A stretch of DNA of 30,121 bases, taken from a virus (Duplodnaviria > Caudoviricetes). The stretch covers positions 1-30,121 of the IMG/VR virus record IMGVR_UViG_3300007863_000012; one strand, written 5' to 3'. The position numbers were made by a program, and so were the translations under genes. The notes under the pieces were generated by a model. It made no database searches. It was not told the origin of the DNA and saw nothing but the letters and a program-made list of their open reading frames with translations. Shown here piece after piece: positions 16,906-25,300 of this stretch; the first letter of the stretch is position 1, and every line of letters starts with the position of its first letter.

Positions 16906-18597
16906 ATGACAACTATTTTATCGATTGCCAGAGGACATAATGGCAGTACAACTTTGATGAAAGATGGAGAGATTATTTTTTATCTGGAAGAAGAAAGACT
17001 TTCCAGATTTAAATATGATGGTACTCCGTTAATGGGTATTATTAAAGCATTTGATTATGTCGATACTATTGATCATTTGGTGGTATGTCACACTCATCGT
17101 CACGGTCCTACTGCTGACTGGACTGGAGAAGATATTTACGAATCCCTTGTAAGAAAAATTGCCAGAAAAAAGTTTGAGTTTAAGACTCACTTTATCGATA
17201 ATATTCATCATGAAATGCATGCATCATGTGGATTTTATAATTCAGGATTTCAAGATGCTGCTATTGTAATCGCTGATGGCGCTGGCAGTTTCCTTGATAT
17301 AGGAGAACCCATTAAAGATGTTGGTTACGAGTTTGAAACTATCTTTGATGCTGATTACGAAAATGGTTTTGATACTGTATGGAAACATATCGGAACCCGG
17401 ACTCCTTGTGGTATGTTTGAACAGGATAATGTTTTTGTTACAGAATATCCTGGTCATACAAAAATGTATGAAGCTGTAACACAATACTGTGGGTTCCCAT
17501 CTATCGAAGCCGGTAAACTTATGGGTCTGTCTCCTTATGGCAAACCTAACGAAGATCTCCCTTCATTTTTTGCATCTGATGGAGAGTGGGGTAATAGAGA
17601 ATTAATTATTCCAAATTATCCAAATGCTGCTCAATTAAACTATCAACGTTATGATATTTTAAAGGAGGATGTAAATCGTCATAGAGAAAATGAATTTACT
17701 GATGTGCAGAAAGATCTTGCTTACAAAATTCAGCAAGAAACATCGGATAGAATGGTAACATTAATTCGTAGAGCACATGAGTTAACAGGAAAAACTAATA
17801 TTGTTGTCTGTGGTGGTTACGGTCTCAACTGCGTTGCGAACTACAAGTATTGGAAGGAGTTTCCTGATCTCAATATCTACTGTGAACCTATCTCACATGA
17901 CGGTGGTACTTCTATTGGTGGAGCAAAATATGTACACCATAAGATAGAAGAAACCAAGACTCCCAGCAAGCAAGAGTCTGTTTACTATGGTCCTCAATAT
18001 GATCCCGCTGGTTATGAATCAGATTTAGAAGGTCTGGAAGTTACTGAAACTTCTTATGATGGTGTCGCTAAACTGATTCGTGAAGGTAACATCGTAACCA
18101 TCTATCAGGGTCGTTCTGAAGGCGGTCCACGAGCACTTGGCAACAGATCTATTCTGTTCGACCCCACAGCAAAAGATGGTAAAGATTATGTCAATACCGT
18201 CAAGCATCGAGAGTGGTTCCGCCCATTCGCATGTTCGATCAAGAAAGAAGCAGTTCATGATTGGTTCGACCTTGCTGGTCGCGAGGAGACACCTCACATG
18301 ATGTATGCTGTCAAGTGTCACGAGGGTGTGGCAGAAAAGATTCCTTCAGTTATTCATGTTGATGATACATGCCGCATTCAAACTGTAACTCCAGAGCAGA
18401 ATGAGCATTACTATAATCTCATTGATGCTTTCGAGAAGTTGAGTGAAGTTCCCGTCTTGTTCAACACCTCATTCAACCTTGGAGGAGAACCTCTGGTTGA
18501 AACTATTGAAGATGCTGTAAAGACTCTGAATAACTGTGACATTGAATACCTCTATCTGCCAGAGATTCAGAAACTTGTCTATGTACCGAATGAATGA
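16906..18597 (+). CDS. O-carbamoyltransferase, NodU/CmcH (TobZ) family
   Basis: Motifs EEERLSRFK, HHEMHA, ADGAG, EAGKLMGLSPYG, GGYGLNCVAN, DGGTSIG, GRSEGGPRALGNRSIL, KHREWFRPFA, HVDDTCRIQTV and NTSFNLGGEPLV. Confidence 0.92.
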   Translation: MTTILSIARGHNGSTTLMKDGEIIFYLEEERLSRFKYDGTPLMGIIKAFDYVDTIDHLVVCHTHRHGPTADWTGEDIYESLVRKIARKKFEFKTHFIDNIHHEMHASCGFYNSGFQDAAIVIADGAGSFLDIGEPIKDVGYEFETIFDADYENGFDTVWKHIGTRTPCGMFEQDNVFVTEYPGHTKMYEAVTQYCGFPSIEAGKLMGLSPYGKPNEDLPSFFASDGEWGNRELIIPNYPNAAQLNYQRYDILKEDVNRHRENEFTDVQKDLAYKIQQETSDRMVTLIRRAHELTGKTNIVVCGGYGLNCVANYKYWKEFPDLNIYCEPISHDGGTSIGGAKYVHHKIEETKTPSKQESVYYGPQYDPAGYESDLEGLEVTETSYDGVAKLIREGNIVTIYQGRSEGGPRALGNRSILFDPTAKDGKDYVNTVKHREWFRPFACSIKKEAVHDWFDLAGREETPHMMYAVKCHEGVAEKIPSVIHVDDTCRIQTVTPEQNEHYYNLIDAFEKLSEVPVLFNTSFNLGGEPLVETIEDAVKTLNNCDIEYLYLPEIQKLVYVPNE

Positions 18598-18992
18598 AAA
18601 TATCTTTTGTTAACGGATGCTTCGATGTGCTTCATCCAGGGCACATCGAACTGTTAAAATACGCCAGGTCTTTTGGAGACTATCTTATTGTTGCTATTGA
18701 TTCCGATAGGAAAGTAGCAGAGATGAAAGGTCCCAATAGACCTATTTTTTCGCAAGGAGATAGGTCAAACATGTTATCGTCAATAAGATATGTTGATGTA
18801 GTTCATGTGTTTGATACCAAGGAAGAGTTGGAAGATTTGCTTGAATCGATTAAACCTGATACAATGGTTGTAGGTTCCGACTGGAAAGGAAAAGAAGTAG
18901 TAGGTTCGCACTATGCAAAATCAGTTCGGTTTTTTGATCGACAAGGAGAATACTCCACCACCAAAACAATTAAAGGTACTGCTTATCGGTGA
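18594..18992 (+). CDS. hldC: Heptose-1-phosphate adenylyltransferase (stand-alone HldE/RfaE domain II; cytidylyltransferase family)
   Basis: FVNGCFDVLHPGH (HxGH motif), LIVAIDSDRKV..MKGPNRP, VGSDW and C-terminal YSTT. ATGA coupling to the upstream gene. Confidence 0.82.
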   Translation: MKISFVNGCFDVLHPGHIELLKYARSFGDYLIVAIDSDRKVAEMKGPNRPIFSQGDRSNMLSSIRYVDVVHVFDTKEELEDLLESIKPDTMVVGSDWKGKEVVGSHYAKSVRFFDRQGEYSTTKTIKGTAYR

Positions 18993-19698
18993 TACATGCA
19001 TTGATAGATATGTGTATGGCAAATGCTCCAGATTGAGTCCAGAAGGTCCTGTACCGGTCCTTGAAAAGACCAGGGTACAACAGACCAACGGGATGGCATG
19101 GAACGTCAGAGAGAACCTTATGGCGTTTGGTATCGATGTTTACATCATGACCAATGAGAAGAGACCAATCAAGACCAGGTTTGTTGATGAAAAATCTAAT
19201 CAACAAATTATGAGATTAGATGAGCTTGATGAGATTGAACCATTTGAATGGGATATGCCCAAAGAAGACTTTGATGCAATGGTTATCTCTGACTACAATA
19301 AAGGATTTTTATCTGAAGATAAGATCTTTGAACTATGTGACTGGTTCAAAAAACCTGTTTTTATCGATAGTAAAAAAACTAACTTACCAAGACAGTGTTT
19401 TATCAAACTAAATGATATTGAAGCAAAAAAGTTGGAAGGAGAATATCCTTTCTTGATTACCACAAAAGGATCTGAAGGTGCTACTTTCAAAAATAAATTG
19501 TATCCTGGAACTAAAGTTCCTGTATTTGATGTAGCAGGTGCGGGTGATACATTTTTATCCGCTATGGTATTCTATTATCTCAACAGTGGTGTTATGGAGT
19601 CTGCTATTCCTTTTGCAAATAAAGCTGCTGCTATTGCTGTATCTAATCCAGGAACTTATGTATTAACAGAGGATGATGTAAATGATCTATGTAATTGA
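18913..19698 (+). CDS. hldA: Heptose-7-phosphate kinase (stand-alone HldE/RfaE domain I; PfkB/ribokinase family)
   Basis: VLLIGDTCIDRYVYG..SRLSPEGPVPV, ISDYNKG, VFDVAGAGDTF and ANKAAAIAVSNPGT. Start codon uncertain (80-nt overlap with the upstream gene). Confidence 0.85.
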   Translation: MQNQFGFLIDKENTPPPKQLKVLLIGDTCIDRYVYGKCSRLSPEGPVPVLEKTRVQQTNGMAWNVRENLMAFGIDVYIMTNEKRPIKTRFVDEKSNQQIMRLDELDEIEPFEWDMPKEDFDAMVISDYNKGFLSEDKIFELCDWFKKPVFIDSKKTNLPRQCFIKLNDIEAKKLEGEYPFLITTKGSEGATFKNKLYPGTKVPVFDVAGAGDTFLSAMVFYYLNSGVMESAIPFANKAAAIAVSNPGTYVLTEDDVNDLCN

Positions 19699-19996
19699 CA
19701 TTGATGGTACTATTTGCACCAGCAATAATGGTTATGAATTTAGCGTTCCGTTGGAAGATAGAATCACCCACATCAATGAGTTGTATAATAGAGGACACTA
19801 CATCAAATACTTTACTGCAAGGGGGATGGGGAGACATGAGGGCGATGTCGGCAAAGCATTTACACAGTTCTATACTATGACACAAGAACAGTTAAAGAAG
19901 TGGGGATGCAAGTATCATGAGTTGATACTTGGGAAACCATCTGGCGATATATACATTGACGACAAAGGAGTGAGTGATGTCGGATACTTTAGTTAA
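19682..19996 (+). CDS. Small HAD-superfamily phosphatase (capsule-biosynthesis phosphatase-like)
   Basis: HAD motif I DIDGT, motif II FTARG, and GKP..DIYIDDK. Confidence 0.8.
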   Translation: MIYVIDIDGTICTSNNGYEFSVPLEDRITHINELYNRGHYIKYFTARGMGRHEGDVGKAFTQFYTMTQEQLKKWGCKYHELILGKPSGDIYIDDKGVSDVGYFS

Positions 19997-20333
19997 GCAC
20001 GTACCCAAAGGTTGGGGATATGAGAAATGGATTGTCAACAACGGAGAGTATTGTGGCAAGCTTCTTTTCTTCGAGTCAGGTAAGAAGTGCTCGTGGCATT
20101 ATCACAAACTAAAACACGAAACTTTCTATCTACATTCAGGTAAAATCTATCTGTATTATGGTTTTGATGATGATCTGTATACAGCTGATCGCACAGTATT
20201 AACCCCTGGAATCCCTTTCGAGGTTCCCAGAGGCATGAGGCATCAAATGGTTGCCTTGGAAGATTCTGAATTATATGAGTTCTCTACTACACACTTTGAC
20301 TCTGATTCTTATAGGGTTCTGACTGGAGATTAA
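19977..20333 (+). CDS. Cupin protein, mannose-6-phosphate-isomerase type II-like
   Basis: VPKGWGYE, SWHYHKLKHETF and PRGMRHQM metal-binding cupin motifs. AAGGAG at 19965-19970 favours ATG 19977 over GTG 19974. Confidence 0.75.
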   Translation: MSDTLVKHVPKGWGYEKWIVNNGEYCGKLLFFESGKKCSWHYHKLKHETFYLHSGKIYLYYGFDDDLYTADRTVLTPGIPFEVPRGMRHQMVALEDSELYEFSTTHFDSDSYRVLTGD

Positions 20334-21105
20334 CATACTCTTGAACTGTTTTAAATTTATATCCAAACCAATCCATAGAAGTTCTTGTATCATATTGATA
20401 CTTGCCTTTTAAATTTTCGGGGAAGGGGATCTCTATGATCTCCGCCCCGTATTTTTTTGCAATGATTTCTGCAATCTCTTTGAAAGAATATGAATGATTA
20501 GATCCCATATCGTAAATACCAGATCCACATCTATTGTTCGGAACAATATTAACGATGTCGTCTACACAAATAAAGTCGCGATATATATCTTCAGATCCTT
20601 CAAAAATTTTAATCTGTCCAGTAAGTTTTGCTTGTTCAGTAAACTTACTAATAGGACTGCGTTGATCTCCTTTATGCTCCTCGCCGTCACCATAGACATT
20701 GAAGAATCTAAATCCTTGAATTTTATTAAACTTGTCAATATTATCTTGAACCCAATAATCTACTTGAACTTTAGTCATTGCATAATAGTTCAATGGATTG
20801 ATAGTTCCATCTGTTAGGTTTCCATACACAGAAGCAGACGAAGCATATCTTACAGGGATTTGATATTCTATTGCTTTCTCAAATAACTTTATTGTTAGTT
20901 CCACATTATAAAAATGAAGTCTATTAAGATCTTTTTCTGTTGTTGATGAGATTGCACCCATGTGAATTATTTCATCAACATCTTGCCATCTATTAAATCT
21001 TTCTAAAATGTGAATGGCATTATGTTGTTCTACGCCAAGGTTTTGTTCGTATTTTTTAGCAAAATGAGATCCAATAAAACCTGCACATCCTGTAATCATT
21101 TTCAT
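20287..21105 (-). CDS. hldD: ADP-L-glycero-D-manno-heptose 6-epimerase
   Basis: ITGCAGFIGS, HMGAISSTTE, YASSASVYG, PLNYYAMTK (YxxxK), GFRFFNVYG..EEHKG and RDFICVDD. A GAGG site supports the start at 21105 (MKMITG) rather than 21159. Confidence 0.88.
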   Translation of the reverse strand: MKMITGCAGFIGSHFAKKYEQNLGVEQHNAIHILERFNRWQDVDEIIHMGAISSTTEKDLNRLHFYNVELTIKLFEKAIEYQIPVRYASSASVYGNLTDGTINPLNYYAMTKVQVDYWVQDNIDKFNKIQGFRFFNVYGDGEEHKGDQRSPISKFTEQAKLTGQIKIFEGSEDIYRDFICVDDIVNIVPNNRCGSGIYDMGSNHSYSFKEIAEIIAKKYGAEIIEIPFPENLKGKYQYDTRTSMDWFGYKFKTVQEYVNLQSEPYKNQSQSV

Positions 21106-21119
21106 TATCTTAACCTCAT

Positions 21120-21127
21120 TATAAATA
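21120..21127 (+). promoter_or_regulatory. T4-type late promoter TATAAATA for 21170
   Basis: Exact consensus in the divergent intergenic region. Confidence 0.75.
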
Positions 21128-21143
21128 GTTTTAACATAAAGTG

Positions 21144-21151
21144 TATTTATC
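21144..21151 (-). promoter_or_regulatory. Late promoter variant GATAAATA on the minus strand, for hldD
   Basis: TATTTATC on the + strand, about 40 nt upstream of the hldD start. Confidence 0.5.
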
Positions 21152-21169
21152 CAAGACAAGGGAAGCGGT

Positions 21170-22339
21170 ATGTCATCACAACCAACGTTTGGTTACTTGG
21201 CGGGGGTAACTCCAAGTACACAAAACAGAAATACCTTATTGTATACGGCAGGAGCATCGGAGCTTGCTGCAGGTACAGTTATTGTAACTCATAAAAATCC
21301 ATACCCAACAAAGATTAGAATTTTAGTTGTTGATACAAATGACTACGATCCCAGTAGTGCTGCAGCAGTTCCTCAAGTAGCGACTAAATCATTCTGCTAT
21401 TTTAACACATTTATTGGTGAAGGGGACACATTCGAGACTCAATCATTATTCGTTTCTGATAATCAATCTTTATTAGTATGGTCTGACCGACCAGATACAA
21501 ACTTTGTATTCCAGGGTTCTGTAGTTACTCTCCCAGAACTTGGTTCTGGTCTTATTGCTTCCAAGGTAGTTGATAAAGAAGAGAGACAAGAGATTCTCTT
21601 TACCAATGCTGCTGATGATCAAAAAACGGTAAACATCTTTGCTTGTAATAAAGGTGCAGATGTTGCTCGAATCCGCATGGGTGTTGCGGATTCTGGAAGA
21701 CCATATCCATATATTGATGCGACAGAATATTATGACTTCAACATTAAGTTGAGTCCTGGTCAAACATATTCTAGATTATCCGTAAGAGTAGGTAATGATA
21801 AGAGTGTAATTGTTAGATCTGATAGTAAAGATGTAAACTGGATTGCATTAGGAACATCAAATTTTGAATCGACTACTCAAGTAAGTCTTGCACTTCCCGG
21901 AAACTTAACTATTGGTGGGACTGCTACTTTCCAAGGAGAGTCTGTATTCACAGATGATGTAACAATCAACTCACCCGAGATTGATTATAGTCTTTCAGTT
22001 CTTCGTGGTTATAATATAAATGATGTAAATAGTTGGTACATTGATAGTAATACCGGCACATCTCAATTTACTAATACAAATGTTACGTCAGACTTAACAG
22101 TTGGTGGGTCTATCAATGTCAATAACGGAGCTTTTACTGTAGATCCAACAACAGGTGATGTTTCTGTTGCTGGAGCACTTTCTGCAGGAACTTTCAATTA
22201 TGAAATCTCTATTGACGGTGATTTAGATCTTCTAAATAATAGAGTGATAAATATGGCAGAACCACAAGCAGCAAGTGATGCTGCGACACGTAGGTACGTA
22301 GATAACTACGCTATAATTTATGCGGTTGCTCTCTCATAA
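21170..22339 (+). CDS. Virion structural/fibre-connector protein (two adaptor-like domains plus a short fibre segment)
   Basis: Two N-terminal ~110-aa domains similar to 11350-11670. GNLTIGG/DLTVGG fibre-like repeats. C-terminal VINMAEPQAASDAATRRYVD stalk motif. Confidence 0.65.
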   Translation: MSSQPTFGYLAGVTPSTQNRNTLLYTAGASELAAGTVIVTHKNPYPTKIRILVVDTNDYDPSSAAAVPQVATKSFCYFNTFIGEGDTFETQSLFVSDNQSLLVWSDRPDTNFVFQGSVVTLPELGSGLIASKVVDKEERQEILFTNAADDQKTVNIFACNKGADVARIRMGVADSGRPYPYIDATEYYDFNIKLSPGQTYSRLSVRVGNDKSVIVRSDSKDVNWIALGTSNFESTTQVSLALPGNLTIGGTATFQGESVFTDDVTINSPEIDYSLSVLRGYNINDVNSWYIDSNTGTSQFTNTNVTSDLTVGGSINVNNGAFTVDPTTGDVSVAGALSAGTFNYEISIDGDLDLLNNRVINMAEPQAASDAATRRYVDNYAIIYAVALS

Positions 22340-22359
22340 GAACGAATCTGGAGTTTTAG

Positions 22360-25300
22360 ATGGCTAAAAAACAAATTAAAAATTACGCCTTTAACCCAGG
22401 TGTTGCAGGGGCGGGTACTTTAAAATTTGTTGGTAGGTATAGAGAGGAAGAAATTCTTCTGGTTACTAATGTTAGTGCTGGAGATGTTCTTTCTTCTTTT
22501 GCTGATGCAAGTAAACCGATTTCTCTTGATTATATTCTTGTAAATCCATTAAGTACTGATACAGATTTTCCTTCTGCACACAACGAAGCAGATTATCTTA
22601 CTATCGTTACATTTTTGTATGATACAACACAATATAATTCTGATGATGCTATTCAAATCTTTACAGAAAATGAAGAGCAAATAACCAGACCTTGGGATTT
22701 TGGAACTGATGCTATTGAGCGTACTCGTGTAGCTCAACCACAATCAATGCTTGATGCTGATTTCGAGTATGGCATTCAACCAACAAAGTGGCAATCTTTG
22801 GATATGTTTAGAAACTATCCATCTTTGTTTGAAGTTCCCGGAACTAGTATTGGTATTTCTTCAATCAGTACTGACGCATCATCAGGAACAAATTTTGTTG
22901 GTCCTTCCAGAATTACAGTGCAATCTGTATTAGAACATGGTCTTGCTGAAGGAGATCCAGTTAATGTTCGTGGTGTCGCTGATTCAGTTTTTGGATATAG
23001 TAAAGCTGAAGGATCTTTTGTTGTTGCCGAAGTTGTAAGTACAACTGAATTTAACTTTTTTGCTAAAGGTAAGGTAGGAACTTTACAAGGAACTCCACTC
23101 CTCACTAACTTTACCGATATTAAAAAATCCGGATTTTATACTGGTGCCGCAATTGGTACACCATCATTTAGTGTTTTATCTCAAGGTGCTTCGGGAAGTG
23201 TGTTATCTGACCAGGTTTCTCCTGGTTCCCAATCTACCATTGGTTTAACTGCATCAGCAGTAGTTCCACCAACAGGAGCTCCTGTCATTGGTGTAGGTGT
23301 AGCATCTGGTTCTCAAGTTACCGCAAACGTTGCATCTTCATTTGATAAAGAAGTAAACACATCATTTGTTGCTCCAGCCTCAAGTATTGTTTTGAATGAT
23401 GTTACTGATATTGAAGTTGGGCATGCTGTATCTGACGAAGGTAACGGCAACGTTTTTGTAACTAATATTACTAATAACGAAGTATTTTTTACTGGGGATA
23501 TTTTATCAGATAAAACTGGTAATAACCTCAGCCAAGATTTTCATAATGTCTCTCCATTAAATTTTGGACAAGGTTATGGTGCAAGATATAATGTTTCCAG
23601 AACTTCTGGGGCGTACAGTGCTACCATCTCTACATTATCTTTCTTTCAGAATGTAGAACCAGAAAGTTATTCAGGTACATTTGGTAGCGGGGTTAGGTTT
23701 AATGTCACAATTGATCATGCTACAAGTTCTTACAACAATGTAGATTTTACTTCTGATGGAGTTTCTTATTCTGCTACAGAAACCGTAACTATTTTAGGGA
23801 CAGCATTAGGAGGTGCTACTCCTGCCAATGATTTACTCATTACTATCGACACGGTAGATGCTGTCGGTAAAGTTCTCACATTTACCGCTAATGGATCTGC
23901 AGTCGCAACATCAACTAATCCTAATGTTGGTCTGCAGTATGTTGCTGGAGAATCACTGGTAATATATGGCACACAACTTGATGGACAATCTCCAGATAAT
24001 GATTTAAAAATTAATGTTTTAACTGTAGATACTGGTGGTGAAATTCTTACTTTCAATGTAACAGGAACTGGCATTCCTCCAAATCAAACTTACGGTGGCC
24101 TTACTGGATCTGGAGGGACTGGACAAAATTCATCATTTAATGTTGAAAGAATTGGTGGTGGTTTAACAGAAAGTCAATCGGAAGAAATTACCATTGGAGG
24201 AGTTATTGAAACTGGTGATGTATTTACTGTAGATATTGATGGTTTTGTATCCGCTTATACTGCATTGTCAGGTGATACGATTACCGCTGTTAGAAACGCT
24301 CTCATTAGTGACATAAACACAAAATCAATTGCGGGTGATATTGATGTCTGGGCAACTCCTGGAAGTACATCGGAGATTCTTCATGTTGACGGTTTAACCG
24401 GTGGTGTAGCATTTACAATAACAATTAGCACTAATGATACCGGCGGAGCATCTGCCGATACACAAACGTTTGTTATTAATCAATTAAAAGCAGCATCAAA
24501 TAGTTCAGGTACGCCATCATATAATACTATCATAGGTAATCCCGGTAGTGATTATAGTATTGGAGAAACTATCACTATTACTGGTGATCAATTAGGTGGT
24601 ACTAGCCCAACCCATGATCTAACTATTAATATTCAAACAGTTGATGCAAATGGATCTATCGTAACTTTTACTGAATCAGGAGCTCCTGCAAGTGGAGATT
24701 CATCATACGATGATCTAACTGCACAACAAGCTGCTACTGGTGCCGCTATCAAGGCAACAATTAATGATAATGGAGAGTATATTCCTGTTGTTGGTTCTCC
24801 AGGAACAAATTATAATATTGGATATGAACTATTAATTAATGGTAGTATTTTAGGAGCACTTTCTCCTGATAATGATATGACGGTTACTGTAGATAGCGTT
24901 GACTCAAACGGATCTATTACAGAAGTATCCGCAGTTGGTACTCCAGCATCTGGAGATGTTATTAGTTTTAGACCATCAATTACTCTATCAGAACCTTTAA
25001 CACAATCGGTTCCTAATAGTACTTCATATTCATTCAGTTCTATTGCAAAAATTGAAGTAACCTTTGCTTCAAATCATGGGTTGCTTCCCGGAAGTCAAAT
25101 ATTAGCAGCAATTACTTCCAATGGAACAAACCATGCTCTATGTTCAGGACCTTTCTTTATCGATAGTGTTCCATCTTTAACGTCTCTGGTATATACTTCT
25201 AGATCAACTGGTAATGTTAGTATTAGTTCTGCTCTGATTGGAACTATTACTGCTAGATCTGATACTTTCTATACACACAGACCATTTGATGGTGGTGTTC

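Noticed and set aside
15768-21105. Host LPS island, prophage boundary or assembly chimera
   Set aside because: The genes are compact, flanked by T4-type late promoter and terminator elements, and continuous with phage structural genes. No integrase, att site or IS ends seen. Read-level confirmation is not possible here.
21106-21159. 18-aa N-terminal extension of HldD given by the ORF track
   Set aside because: The Rossmann motif begins right after ATG 21105, which has a GAGG site; the extension covers the promoter-containing gap.
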